A stretch of 61,557 bases of DNA, filler included, from Basidiobolus ranarum (lineage: Eukaryota): assembly GCA_040143965.1 (NCBI GenBank). It is 2 parts of 2 records of this genome, joined end to end, with 100 filler letters (N's around TTAATTAATTAA, not from the genome) between each part and the next. Parts side by side here need not be neighbours in the genome. Positions count along the whole stretch, not along the records: positions 1 to 30,792 come from JASJQH010000096.1; 1 more part is not named here. One strand, given 5' to 3'. The position numbers and the translations under genes are program-made. The notes under the pieces were generated by a model. It saw nothing but the letters and a program-made list of their open reading frames with translations. It was not told the DNA's origin and made no database searches. Below, in pieces: positions 14,173-28,600 of this stretch (position 1 is the first letter of the stretch; each line of letters starts with the position of its first letter).

Positions 14173-14727
14173 TTGACAAAAATCGGACTATCTCCTAACC
14201 ATGATACGTTTGGGTTTACAGGTTTACGAAAGAGCATATTAAATTGGATGGAAAGTCACAAGGACCTTCGAATTGAACTCCAGTGCGGCTCTAACCAGGG
14301 GTTTAGCGAAAGACGGAGCATTACCTTCGAACTTACCTCATTATACAAGTTCAATTATTCCCCTTCAACCTGTATCATACGCCCGACTAAAAATGAGGAC
14401 TACTCATCACCAATCCCTGGTTCTCCGGAGTATTTTAATAACTCTAGGAAATTAGTTACTCATTCTGGTAAGACCTTGGGTGAATTATTGCCAATAATTA
14501 GACTCTGTTGGAAAGCAGATTCAAGAGTTAGATTTATTCTAAATCAAACTGAGTCAACATCCAGGAGAGTGGCGAACTCGATTCCACCAAACAGTCTGGC
14601 ATTCTCGTTGACATTGGAAACCTGCCCAACTTACAAGAGTATGGATAGTGTCACCAATTCAATCAGAAGACGTGAACTACCAGCCTACAGTTCCTCAGAC
14701 AATCATAGAATTAGTTCCGATATCTAA
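14173..14727 (+). other. Orphan open reading frame (184 codons, TTG start); possible decayed gene or terminal exon
   Basis: Unusually long stop-free frame for an AT-rich intergenic region, ending in PxY-like motifs (CPTY, LPAY). No family recognised. Confidence 0.25.
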
Positions 14728-15451
14728 AAAGGAACCACTAATCATTGATAGACTTCATTTTACTAGTTCTAGTCTGCACTGTATTATAACCTATATAACT
14801 TATGTATATTGACTTTTCGCTTTCAAGAACACCACAGTATGTCTAAATAAATACTTCATTTCTTACCACCAGCTATTGCAGAAATGATATGGACCTTTAA
14901 TTGTAACCAATGCCTACTAATTCTTTTGTCGAAGTTACCTTATTTTGCATCTTTTTGTATCCCAAAAAATATCACCACAAAACCTTCGAGGTACTCACCG
15001 TTAGACACTAATACTCGTTTCATGCTCATCTATATTACCGAGTCTTAAAAGTGCGCAACAAACCAGTGCAACCTTGTGTTCCATTAGAGTCAATATGGGG
15101 GTTAAGTTTATGAATTCGGCATAGCAAACCCAACGAATTGCTGAAGTGTAGTTATGTAGTAATCATGATTTATTCAGCTAAAAAAGGAATAATAATACAA
15201 AGTTTAGCATCTAGCGAATTGGCAATGGAAATGGAATTCAATAAAAAATTTTCTTAATTTAAGGAAGAATTATATACAGGGGCTAATTTCCGGGTGGAAT
15301 GATTATTACGTGATGATGAGTTGATATGTGATTAGGTTGATATTTCCCTAAGAACTCAGCCATAGACAATGGCAACGGTGTTTGGTTCTAAATTAGTTTG
15401 ATACAATGATATGAACACCAGAACGATAAAGTAGAATCCAAAGTCACGAGA

Positions 15452-16003
15452 TCAGAAGGTTTCGTAATATTCGGCGCAAACGTCGTAAGCTTCCATCCCC
15501 AGTCGTAGATAGGCAATGTTTTCAAGAACGTTTTGAAAGTTGTCCCTGGTAAAGGTATCTAACCAAGCTTGGTCATTGTGGTCATAGAGCCACTTCAACA
15601 GATTTGCAAATGTCCTGACACAGGGGACATTGAGCTCAATACATTTAAAATCCTTATCCTCGGTGCTTATGGTAACAAGGATTTTGGAGCAAATGGAGTT
15701 CTCCAGAGTGCAACTATTGGATTGCTTTTCACATCTACGAAATAGGCAGGAGAATAGTTGGCTTTGACTCACCAGCAGGAAATCATGAACCCAAAACTCC
15801 TCAGTTTCTTTAGAATCCACCAATCGAAGCAAAAAATCCGACGACTCACGGTGGTTGAATAGCAATGGGGCAAGTGTATGTCTATGTTTTAAGATTTCGT
15901 TGGTGGTATGACACTCCCCTGTTATTAATTTGACTCGTCTTTGACCCATATGTGAATCTTCTTTATCTAACAAGCGGTTACTGTGGATTGATTGTGCCAG
16001 CAT
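15452..16003 (-). CDS. BTB/POZ-like protein resembling Clp1 (clampless); paralog A, intronless
   Basis: SDFLLRL..EFWVHDFLLVSQSQLF...IELNVPCVRTFANLLKWLY fits the BTB pattern (FxVHxxxLxxxSxxF ... FxxLLxxLY). Clear paralogy with 29972-30592. Minus-strand TATAAA at ~16081-16086. Confidence 0.8.
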   Translation of the reverse strand: MLAQSIHSNRLLDKEDSHMGQRRVKLITGECHTTNEILKHRHTLAPLLFNHRESSDFLLRLVDSKETEEFWVHDFLLVSQSQLFSCLFRRCEKQSNSCTLENSICSKILVTISTEDKDFKCIELNVPCVRTFANLLKWLYDHNDQAWLDTFTRDNFQNVLENIAYLRLGMEAYDVCAEYYETF

Positions 16004-19000
16004 AGTGAAGTAGAATCGAACAACTGATGGAGGAAGGGTGGAAAATTTTCGATAATAAAAACCTCTGGGTGGTTTCGGAATTTATAGGTTTTAAAATCCG
16101 GGGCTTGAATCCGCTACACCCGCTAAACCAATGGGGTTGTACTTCATATGGCATCAGGGCTACTAAGCGTGCATCAATCAAAACTCCTTATCGAAAGAGC
16201 AAGGACCATCTGAACGGATACTTAATGCGGATGTGTATCAACAATCTTGACGAAGCAAGGAGTCAGGCTAAACCACATTACTCCTTGGAGATTTTGCCCA
16301 AAAATATTGGTTGGTACTTGGAAATCATGATGGTGCCTTATCCAATCATCATGAGATTCCTTCGGATATACCCATAATTGGTTAAGTCGTGGCATTTACT
16401 AATTTAGGTTAGGTTCTTCCATGCTGGCAGCAGTTGAGTAATAAGAGGAAGGAGACTCAGTTGATAGTCAATTGGCTGAAAAGCTGAGAACAATAGCCAT
16501 AACCGTCAGATGAAAATTTAACCCAGCTGTACTACAAACAACCTACTGAAATTCAGCCAGATTAGTGATATTGAAAAAATCAAGAATTTCCGGGTATTTC
16601 TCATTCATTGAGATTGCGGCTTTTTCATGTTGCTCATACTACATGAAGGTGTATAAACAATCGTTGCATTAAAATTGGATATCATCCAGTTTTTTACAAA
16701 CTTGACAAACTCTCATAATGACTGTACCTATTCGACTGCACCTTCTCTAACGTCTCAGCATTGAGCTCTTCCACTTGGACTAGAATGGAAATTCAGGCAA
16801 CCTAATGGGTTTAAAAACTCCAGTAGAAAACCAATTTAAGATAACCTTCCATTAGAAACTCTGACGAGATGCGGTTTATGGATATATATATTAACAATAC
16901 TACTTTTCAAAAGTCGTGTATTCCATTGGTGAGAGATTTTGGACCATTTTAGAGTATGTCAACATGTTATGTGGAAGATAGTCTAATGGATAACAAAGGT
17001 CCAGTATAGCCTACCAGCGAATACAAAAAAGCCAATATTCAAATGATGCATATATATTTACAACTAAATAGATTTTTAATATCTTGATGTGATGAAAGCA
17101 ACAGCTGCAAGATCTAGAGCAAATGACAATATATATTTCAAATGAAGAATCATTCCTTTCATCATATCATATAATATAAACTGAAAGCAACTATTTCCTA
17201 CCATGGACCAAATCATTACATTAGATTCCTGAAATTGTTGCTACTTGTAGTACTGGACAATCCCGTCAATACACATTATACAACTACTGCTCTTCTGAGC
17301 TGGTGATGCATTAACTGGGACAACTAATTTCTGTAAATGTGATCTACAGCTAGCTCTAACATTACTGTACATGGAGTAAAACTAAGAGAATTAGGAGAAT
17401 AGTGTAGGGTTAGGGCTTCAAATTGACTGCAATTTTGAGATACTAGACACGTTTCCAAAACCCACGGAATATGATTATAGTGACATGAGATTAGGAATAA
17501 CATAGCAATTACACTCATCACAATCACACGTATCATACCTTCCAAACCAAGTATCATCATACCCAGCCCGCTTAAAGGAGACGAGTGAGAGAAGGATATG
17601 GAATGAGCTTGAGCCGGAGAAATCTCGGGATATATGTTCCATGTATTCAAATAATGTACACTAATTCCAATAATATGAGACTAGTTTCAATTGCCGAGCA
17701 TTCTGACAACATCCGCAATCCTACGAAATGGATAAATTGTTTGTCATAACACGTTGAAGCGATTTGCACGAGGAGTTAAATAGATTAACATCGATCCGTC
17801 TAAAACTGATGCTGACAGAGTCGTTTGAATATGATCTGATTTGGGAATTTCTTTTCGACCGTACCCTAGTCAGCGGATTCTGATTGGTCTGATTCTCACG
17901 AATTCGTCATTTGGGAGATGATGTTAAATCTGGGAAAGCGCCGTATGAGACAGGATTTGTTAGTAATCATGAACCGACTTCTTGAAATAGCCAGTCGTTG
18001 GCAAAGCCTTGGCGTGTTGACACAGAAAGTCAAACCAGTATGCTAGAGGTGGTTGCGAGTTCAATCCTGAATCAACCCGATTTCCAACATGGTGATGATT
18101 TCGCCATTGATTTTGTTACCGTGGAGAGCCTGGTGGGTTTGAGGAATCACATTTGGAATCCGCCTGCTCAGTGCATTAATCTCTACATCCCATTAAGGAT
18201 CAAACTTGATCCGTTAGTTGCCCAAGTACCTTAAACCGCACTTGGTCACCTCAAGTCGATACATCCAGAGTATACCAGTCCGTCCCACGTGGTGATTGGA
18301 AATTCGAGATCAAGATGAGACGTGAACACCGATGTCCAGCAGTATATTCATCATGGATCACACTGGATGAATAGTACTGTTCATTCAAGGCACCAGTTGG
18401 AATCTTGCTTGAAGCATGATGGGTTACAATGCAAATGTCTTTTTTTCGTCCAGAGCATTGTGCCATTTCTCTACTGCTGTGTTACACGTGGCAATCAAGT
18501 AAGGCATATGGGAGAAATTTCATGGGAAACTTCATCAATCCCATGATTTTGATTTGCAATGCAAGTCTTTGAAGAGCAATATACTCCACCATTCCAATCA
18601 CGATAAAAGAGTGACTTTGTTCGTCATACCATGCTACAGCCTAGGTGCATCTCATTATATTCAGTGTGAGGTGGTATTCGGCTCATTCGCCTACCATTTG
18701 CTTAGTTGGTTTGATTTGGAACCTTCCATCACGAAGTTCATAGGGCTACCTGAGTGATTGATATAGTGTGCATCAGCCCAAACAGAAATCTCAAACTGCT
18801 TACTACGGAATGGGGTTATTGTTGCCAAGCAAATTGTTTAATTTTGTAAGATATACACAGTAGTGAATCAGCAAGTAGTTAGTACAGATCACAAAACTAA
18901 TCGTCACTGACTCTCTACATGGATGGGCGAATGTACAAGTAGAGGGGTAGTTGGGTGAAGTCAATTCAGGTGGAACCGATGTGAGGATTCTAATTTTAGG

Positions 19001-19100
19001 GGACGGGTTTAAAATTACATATTATGTGCTAAACATACACAGATAGGTCAGGTGTGTGAGTCACGCCTATAAGCTACAGCAATGAAGAGAAATATGGAAT

Positions 19101-19691
19101 TTATATCATGCTATTGGAAGGAAACATGGGAACAGGTTGGTTGGAGGTCAGCATACGGATCGTGGATCGGTAAGAGAGGTATCCTTCAAGATACTCTACC
19201 CATTGAATAAACTCCTCCTGAATCACATTCAGTTGGTAATTGATCCCCCTTAAGAATTGTTTCTCCATCTTATTAATCTGCTCCACGGGGATTTTAGAGA
19301 TGTCGGACCACGCTTGATTGGTGTAGGTGTCGTCCTCGAGGAACTTGTGTGCAAGGATCAACGAGGTGATGAAAACGAGGTATTCAGAGCCTTCGGATGG
19401 GCTCAGATTAGGAGAGGATTTCCTGAGCCGATGGATGTAATTCAAGGCAAGAAAGAGGGTGGTGGGTAGAACAGACATACGGGTGATAATGTTTTTGCAA
19501 AATATGGTGAACATCAATTGGGTGGAGGATGGAAATAGAGTGGGGCGGCAATGCCACAAATGCTCCACCGTCTCCGACACAAAGTTCACTGGTGAGAAAT
19601 CATTCGTAAGGGAGAGGAAATGTTGCGAAAGAGTGCTGCCTTGGCAAATGTTGTTGAGTTGCTCTACAGGGTTATTGAGGTACAAGTCCAT
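19101..19691 (-). CDS. Pho80/Pcl-family cyclin (Pho85-type CDK partner), intronless
   Basis: Cyclin box TTLFLALNYIHRL...FITSLILAHKFLEDDTYTNQAWSDISKIPVEQINKMEKQFLRGINYQLNV. Confidence 0.93.
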   Translation of the reverse strand: MDLYLNNPVEQLNNICQGSTLSQHFLSLTNDFSPVNFVSETVEHLWHCRPTLFPSSTQLMFTIFCKNIITRMSVLPTTLFLALNYIHRLRKSSPNLSPSEGSEYLVFITSLILAHKFLEDDTYTNQAWSDISKIPVEQINKMEKQFLRGINYQLNVIQEEFIQWVEYLEGYLSYRSTIRMLTSNQPVPMFPSNSMI

Positions 19692-22600
19692 AGCTTGGCT
19701 ATTCTGGAGAGAAGGAATTCTTTTGTTGATTTATATAGTGATGTAAATCGCAAACAGCTTGTTCAATGTGGATTTCGTAGTGCGCTGAGGAGCCTATATA
19801 TACTCTCGCGGATGCTTGCTTGATCACAAACTTGAAAATTCAGGATGTATTGGAAACCAGACCCGATCAGGTTTGAAGCTATCACTGGACAGGATATAAC
19901 AACTTACCACATATTACCGATTGTGTCACTCAGAATAGATCAGAAGGATGGGAATGGTGCCAATTCCAAAGCATTTTAATTTAGCTACGATCTACCTATA
20001 GGGGCTAAGAGGAAGCTTTCAACATCACTGATTCTCAAACCACATCCGCAGTTGGTTTACTCCTTCAATAACAAGCTACTGAGTAACATTAGGTTGCAAG
20101 TATCAGATTGGTTTTGGCAACGGAAAGGGTGATATTTTCAAATGGATAGATGTGGTCATCTGTACTTGGATTACTATGACATAGGATGAGGTCGGCTCTG
20201 ATAAAAATGCAGTTTGTATTCAATTTCGATGCTGGGGAACAATAGGGTAATTTCACTCGTTCAATGGTGATTGATTATTGTATTACTCTCGATGGAATGA
20301 ATATAAACAAATATGAGATTTGGGTCATTGCAATGTGCACATATATTACTATGTTCTTTCTACTTGATGGAATTGGAAATTGGCAACCCAATTGGATTCA
20401 GTGCCAGTTTGTTGGTCCGACTCAACAAGCTAGTGTGATCATCTAGTTCTGCACAAGAGATTACTCACCCCATCCGTTTTGGTGGTTTCATTTATCAAAT
20501 GTACTTTTGTAATTTCGTATTCATATATGTCATCTCCTGACATCTCACGCCATATATATATATCATCCGCCTAATATGGCATACGTCTTACCAGATGCTC
20601 TGCACATTTCACCCGATGGATACCGCGGATAGCGGTGAGCGATTTGAGATACACTTTTAGTCTATCTTGGCGGCCACGGAAAAAACTCACTGGAACAACC
20701 ATAGCTCAAGCACTTCTGAAGCATTCCAGTTATACGATGGACGCCATGATGACAATTTAGCGAATCAGGCAGATGGCTGATGCTATAATGGGCCCCTGAT
20801 GAGAGGTGCTCACAGCCTGCAGGAGAATCGCTTCCGGATCAGACTCAGCAAACTCAGCTTGAATGATTTGAATCATTAATGTCGGCAAAAGAAACTCCAT
20901 CATTCTCGAGTGCATCGTATTTAACATTGTACGCTGTTGATTGAGTCTCATCTCAACATGATCCAGGCTCGGGCGAGCTTCACATATGACTCGACACTGC
21001 TAAGAACGGCAGTGATGCGGGCCATTGTTGCATTTTAGCCAGCCTCAAGTTGTCGCAGCATTGTATTCTATCATTAAGCACATCAAGCTGTGATTCGATG
21101 ACTTTAGGCTCTACCTATTGATACGTGCCTTTGTTGAATCTTCCTTGCGTTGTTTTGGGTGCAGGCGCACGACCCGAATTCATGATTTTTAGCTTGATCT
21201 AGTGATTGGTCAGTAATGCAGAGTAACCGAGTACATCTGTGGGTGAAAGTATCAGTGTCAGCAAAGGTGAATACATTGCGACATTAACACATTCGTTGTA
21301 CATTGGCTGCAAGTTGTACTCATCGATTATTTGAAGATAAATTAGTGTCTCCACTTTCATGTAGGGTGACCATCCAACTGAAGTTAATCGAGCTGAAAGT
21401 AACCCCAATGGCAGTGAACCATCCTCACATGAACCAAGGGCATATCGACTTATTGCAAGACATTACTTATTCGCTCATTGATGTTTGAATTATGCCAGTT
21501 ACTATCCATCTGCTTGCATTATTCACACAATTCGTTGAATCTACGAATCCTCAAGAGCGCAGGGGACCATAGGCCTCTGTAAATAGCATCCGCATTTAGA
21601 ACTGAAATATTATTGGAGGGTGGGACTGTTTTCATTAGCTACTTTCTTATTGATTGTCTAATCACTAAAGTGGATTTCTGAAATGTTTCTCAAGCATTGC
21701 ATGCCAGCCATCGAGATTACTACGTATACAGTGGCATATAAATGGAGAAAATCATTGTTAACGATTAGGCCTGGGCTCCGTTTATCATGCGAACCAGCAG
21801 ATAGGCGATTGAGCACTACATCACTTAATGTAGAATCAGTATCTGGAGTGGGAATCACGTACTAAGATGCAGAGAAAGGATCGTTGATCTCCATTAGTCA
21901 CAATAGGATGCATTCATTACAATGTTATGGAATTGCTGCCTCCTACATCCGAGCAGTGGACATAGATTAAACATCGCAATTGGAGAAGCAAAACAAGTAG
22001 CATCCGACAGGTTCGGTGCTGATGGTTGTACGGAAATCTCTAGTGACACCATGACACACCCATTTATGTCACTAGGTGTGTCCAGGATCTGATAAATTCC
22101 GAGAGTTAGATACACACTCTATGACACATACCGGTTATTCATTCACATACTCTCGGTTGTTCCAAATGAGAAGAAATATTGGCAATGTCTCAATTTAGCC
22201 AACTTCCTTTCCTAGGCCAGAGCTTTCAATAGGGGCGATTTGAGTTATTGAGGAGATGTGTATTGGCATGAATGGAGGTAAATGATTGTCTAGATGTTGT
22301 TACACCTCCCCAAATCAGTCTCAAATAGTCGATTTGGGAGAGACTGCCCCAAGAAAGCATGAGAATAAATTTTGGTATCAACCATTAAAGTATAATGCTG
22401 CATGGATTGGGGATTCATTTATTCCAGGATGGTGCTGGCCACCATCTCACAATTTCAACAACGCTCTCTCTAAATGGCATAGTGAAACTTACCAAAATCA
22501 ACATGTACAGAGCTTTTCCATGTTGGATCTGTAGCCGAAGCATTTTGCAGACAACAGGTCACATAAATTACACGATAACAATACGCTAAGACTTTGTTTA

Positions 22601-25600
22601 TCATACTGTTCTCCGGTTGAGAACAACTAGCAGCCAATGAGGTGGATGGTGGAGAAACCGATATCCTAGATTTTATTGATCCAGTTTGAGCAAGAGTCAT
22701 GGGTCTGTACCCGGGATTCCTGTTGGGAATTGTCTCTAGTGAGTCAAGCAAACCAGTATCTCTGAGCCATTCCCTCATTCTGGCGAATGTGGCCCCCTAT
22801 TCGGAGAATTCAATTATGAAAGCCGATCACTTGAACATCGTGACGGATTGGCCTCCTTTCCACCAGTAGTGTGTTGAAACGCTAGATAGCACATTTGTTT
22901 ATCCGTTTCCACCTCACCTTCACTGGCGAATCCGTTGGTGACATTGGGGTTTCTTGTCGTTTTGTAGCATACCTGGTCAAATCAAATGATTATGAACCAA
23001 CAGAATCCCATAAGGAGCTAAGACCAAACAAAAGCGGAAACTGCAGAAATGTGGTTATTCGCACATAATGAATATAATTGACTAGATTGACGAGAGTGAT
23101 CATCAAGCTTGAATACTTACTAACGCGATAGTATCATTGTATTCCACTCAGTTAGGTAAGATGACTCTTGATCCATCTAACGTTACACGCAGAGATTTTT
23201 AGGCGATTGTTATGGTTTCACATATCATTGGGTACCTATTGACTCTACACTTTGTAACATAGCTCAGTCTTACCAACATGGTATGTGTAACGGAGTGCAC
23301 TCTCGGCACCTCATGCGTAATTCCGCCTGACTTGGCCATGGCATTGTTTATCTGTGTGTTTGTGATCTTGAGGCCTTGCAGGAATCGCATCACGATGGGT
23401 GCTAATAATAGCTGGGGGCGGCGGGACAGTAGAGATTGATTTCATTTAATGAAACAGAAATACACACGAATTCAACGTACTTTACTGTCATTACTCATGC
23501 TCCAGAAATGGATGGGATCCAGCACAATATATGGTGATGTAATGATACTGTTCCAGAGGCAGCCATTCTGCATGCTCGGTTGTGCACTTGGACAGCCAAA
23601 ATCTTCCTTAAACATCCACTGAATCGTATTCTTATGTTCGGATGATTGGTTACACTAATCAAATTCACCAAGCATGATCAGAACACTGATTTGTCTACAG
23701 CAAAGCGCTCAAGCAAGACATTCACACAGTGGTGCTTAGTAATAAGTTAAACTTAGCATCATCGCTAGAGGTCAAGCCCAATCTAAACTCTGGTCATGGT
23801 GGAATTGGATTCATATCAATTTAACTAAACCTCGGTTCTGGTTAGTGTGACACAGAAAGGTTAATAATATTCCTTACCATTCGTTTCACCTTGTCTTACA
23901 CATCACTTTATGCGATTTCTCATGATGCGGTGATGATCGCTTACACTATTTGATGTTACTCACCTATATTAGGTCGAGGAAGAATAGCATTCAAAACCCA
24001 CTCAATATCAGGCCTTCCAATAGAAGATTGTCTCATGCTTATTAAGTCAATTACTAATTTAGAAATTGGCAGTTTTTTAGATGGAGATGGGAAAGGAATC
24101 AGACTGGATTTGAAATTTGTTCGAAGCACTGCCAAAATAGCACATGCATTACTTCAATGATGCCCATATAGTTATGTATTATGCGGATTGCTATCATTGT
24201 TGCCAGAAATCCTTCCGATCTTGGACTGACCCATTTCCTTTCACTTCAATAGGGCAATGATCAGCTTCGACTCCATGAGAGCCGGTTACAAAGTATGATC
24301 TTGCAGCCCTAATTTTGTTGGACGTGATGCTTCTAGAGTATTGGCAGAGTTATCTGTCCTAGAATCCATACGTCCAACGCCTTGCTCCTTGAGTCAGCAT
24401 ATTTGATATTGTTTGATGAATGTCCTTCGTGTGTGGTTTCGTTTCATATACAATGCACTAACCATGAGCATGTCTTACTCCAGGCGATTTCTTCACGATA
24501 ATCTAATAAGATTGACATTAATAGGTTGGTGTACTAAAGATTGAGTTCATCTGGTGCGTAGCAGGTGGGTAGTACGAGATGCAACTTTGTTATGTGTAAT
24601 TTAAATTTCAGAGTACTGGTGCATCATTACTTCATTTTTAATCCGAGGGGTGAGTGGGCAAAGTGGAGAGATGCCTTGATGGTATTATGGGAAATAGCCC
24701 TACGCCATAACTGTTGCTTTGAGGAGGCCGCAAGTCAAACATTGTTCAGGGCCAACTATAGAGTTCCATTTATTAGTGTTATACTTTGAAATAATTTGAA
24801 ATAAAGAGCTCGGTTGGCACGTATGCTTAACTAAATGATTAATCAGAAAATATGGGTTATTAATAACAATGGAGAGACCATTGGATATTCTTTTAGGCAG
24901 AGGACAATGACAGTGATTTCAATTGAATGAATAAATCAAAATCAGGATAAACAAAATAAAATGTCTAATCTTTGTTCACTCAACTAAGTGCTCATAGTTT
25001 TGCGATAAAAATCACCTTACGAGCTGGTTTTTTCTTACTAACTTTGGTAACAGAAGTTCCCAATTAGTGGTTTCATCTGAACCGTCTTTGTTTCCAGAAT
25101 TACTCACTTCTTTCTTAGATGTCTGTTATCCGAGTGGATAAGGAGTCCACTTGAATCTTATATCAATATACTAGCATGAGCCTCTTGGATGACGGTTACG
25201 TGGTTGGCTACAAAGGAGGAATTTGACAGTAGTATTGATGACCTGCGGATACAATAGAAATTTCATCCCTCAAATACTACACTTTACAGATATCTCTCAC
25301 TTGACATGTGGCAATTTGTAGTCTGATTCACCTCAGGGATAATCTAAGATCCTTTGTGAGAGTGGATACTGCTTCTTTGAAATTTTTGGATATATCTGAA
25401 TAAGCCCAAGAAGCAATTAAAAGCTCATTTGTTTGGTTTTGGATGCCATATACATACGTTAATGTAGAGTAGAGCAGAGAATAGAGAATCTATGAATTGG
25501 ATTCAAGATATATATTGTTCACCTAATAATCCATGAGTTCATAATTCATACTTGGCACAGAAGGCGTTCATTGGTTAAGTGGTTTATAGGGAGCAGCGGT

Positions 25601-28600
25601 GGTTTGTTTCAAAAAAACCAAGCACTTGACCAGCAGGTTTACATAGTCTCTAGAGAGCATGCCTTTTCATTTGAAATGTTCATCTGATTCTGACAAGCCC
25701 AGTTTGGGTTTCTATTATACTTGTGGAATATTGGTCAAGATAAATCAACTGAAATGTATGCATAACTCTTACACAGCCTTACATTCAGTAAACTGTTGCA
25801 TTGTAATAAATCTCTGCTAATAATGGCAAACTTATCTCTTGTTTGTATACTATGTGATTGGCTTTTATACTATATACACCGGCAAAACAATAAAGTATAG
25901 TGGATAGGGTTGAACAACTGCAAACAGTTATGATAAGACATTACTCTGTATAATCAATTTATTGCAGCATTATATTAAAGGTCTAAGATGAGTTACAGTG
26001 GCATTTCAACCCCCCTTTGGGGGAATCATCCTCTTTTTGTAAAGCAGGTGACCAATGAGAAATTAATTCTGAGCTCAAGATAATTGCAATACATGTATGT
26101 TGGGTAGTCACAGCATTTGTAGGATTTCTGAGTGTGCAAAGTTATTAAAAACATAATGGTCGAAAGGTATTCAGAAAAACCAAAGCACTCTGATATCTCA
26201 CACAAACACTTTCTTTATAGTTGCCATGATTCTGTATATGAGAAAGTTTTTGTAGTAACACTCTCAAGTAGCTAGTGCGGTAGATATCCCATATATCCTG
26301 AGTGAGAATAAAGCATTACAATGTAGTTTGAGATAGATCTAAATGCTCTACATTATAGATAGTTCAAACACCAACAATAGTAAAGTATATCTCTTCTCGT
26401 CATCTATTTTATGATTTGGGTATTTACTAGTAGGTTGTATGTACAAATTAAGAATATATTAAGAAAAATCGATGTTCTTTTACTGTTACAAGATACGTGA
26501 ATCCTTGCTGCAATGGCAGTATATACTGTTTGGTTTAAGATGCTATGATGTCAGTCAAATACAGGAGCATGGGCAATTCATAGTCATCTCATCCTTTGGT
26601 GCAAGCTAAGTTGATATCTATATCATGGTAGCTATGGAGGGACTGCTGAGATTGATGCATATCTACAAAAACCAGAGCTGATATATGTACTACGTTGTGG
26701 AGTATAATGATTCAATTTCAACGGGAGCTCTGATGCAGAATATCCGCCTGGTAAACCAAGATCACTCTGAGGCCAGTGACATTAGTTTGATTGCCCATCA
26801 TATAACCTACCTCCAGGAATGCACTGCCTTGCTTTTCATTTCCCAGATGTTCGCATAATGTAACATACAAATATTATAGATTGTTAATGCTTTTCAACTA
26901 CTCGTGTATATATGCTGAAAAGAGATACAACGGGGTGCTATTACTTGCCAATGACTTTGTCGTTAAAGTGAATGCTTATTGATTTATCCAACCCCGCTTC
27001 CGAACCAAACACATTAGTATATTTTGATTTGTTTGTAACTCAGCTGCTTGAATGCTGATATGAAATTCCTAGCTAAAACACGCTCCTTACTCTGATTCAA
27101 ATGTGTACATCTGTTTTACTGCAGGTTTAGCAATTGCGGTTCACATTTTATGAGCGTTGCTGTTTCATTAGAAATCAATATCATATCTGAATATAAGAAA
27201 CTGTCTAACTTCTGTATCTGACCAGTCAAACTCATCTCCCAATACAGTATTCCGTCTTCATGATTTCTCTGGAACATATTTTCCCTTGCAGTATAAGTAT
27301 ATCCTGGAATGCTCTCCAAAAGCTTAGTGGATATATTGGTTGAGTGCCTTGATTCACCACAGTAAAAGAGTCATATGCACTGTCTTAGTGATGGTGGTAT
27401 TGTGCTTGGGACCAGATGGAGTCGGTTTCTATATGGTGTTGATGGATTCAAAATTCCCGCTTGAAACATCGGATCATTGGGGGGTGGAACTTAGTTCAAA
27501 GTCGGATTCAAAGTGTGTTTACTTGGTAGCATCCGCTTCACAGTACAACACTTGTACTCCAAGCTTGAGAATTGAGAAGAGTATTAGCCAATTGAAACTG
27601 AGGATTTCTCCAAAAATGAAACAGTGGATATTTCAGCCAAGTTTCAAGATTCGTATACTTAATACGCTTTGAATAGTAACTTGTAAGACACACAGGAAAC
27701 TTAGTTGTTATTAATATAAACATAGTCTAAATTGCTTCGAAGAATCTGGTAAGGGTACCGTTTATGGCTTAGGCTGGCACACTTTGGCTTATGTCTCGGC
27801 TTGAATCTTGGTGGGAAACTGGGCATAGTTGAGTCATAAGGTATGCTCGGGGTATCACACACGGATTCGCGAGGTTAAGAGTATTGTTGATTTCTCAATT
27901 GATGACTTGTGGCTATTAGTTTTTTAGTAATCATGGGATGTTTGACTCATTGATACTAACAAGCTCCCCCTTGAGGAATGGCCAAATTTCACTTGCCTCA
28001 GTCTAGGGTGTAGCGGACTACATCATTATATCGATTCTTGAATGATCTCACTGATTCACCAGAGTCCCATTCTAAATACTCTAACCAGATAAGATCAGAG
28101 CGTTGGGGAAAACCACCACAAGCAAAAATCAAGCCAAGTGAAGTTAGGCTTGCCTTCTGGAAATGATGAGAATGATCCGAAATTCTGGGAGCTAAACTTG
28201 TTGGTAAAAAGGATCTAACTTGTCACTTAGTAGAACGGATTGCAGGTTTTTCATTAGATTAGCTAGTTTGAACTCTACAACATCCCATATCTCATTACTT
28301 TAAACTTATGAACACACGTTCAAAGCGTCGCCACAGATGAGGAAATATCTGAGTTTAGTTCAATTATAAGGCCTTTACACCTTCACCCCTATCAGTAACT
28401 ATTCAAGATGATTCAAAAGTCCAAGTTACAAGAAATTCTATCGAACCAGTTGGTCAATTCATTCATGTCTGAGTAGAAGGCTAGAACATGAGACAACAGG
28501 CTGTAGTGCATCTCCACTTGTGGCCATATAGACTGGGCATTTGTTTGCGATAGTACAGAGGAGCAATACGAACCAAGACTCATATAATGTCTCAGCAAGG

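Noticed and set aside
16004-16400. Homeodomain-heterodimer site (GATG-N9-ACA) upstream of the Clp1-like gene
   Set aside because: Only near-matches with the wrong spacing were found.
20580-22800. Short ORFs in CpG-richer DNA upstream of the cyclin
   Set aside because: No motifs or consistent splice model; more likely regulatory or non-coding.
27116-27723. Protein-like fragments on the minus strand
   Set aside because: Multiple stops and frame changes, no recognisable family; cannot support even a pseudogene call.
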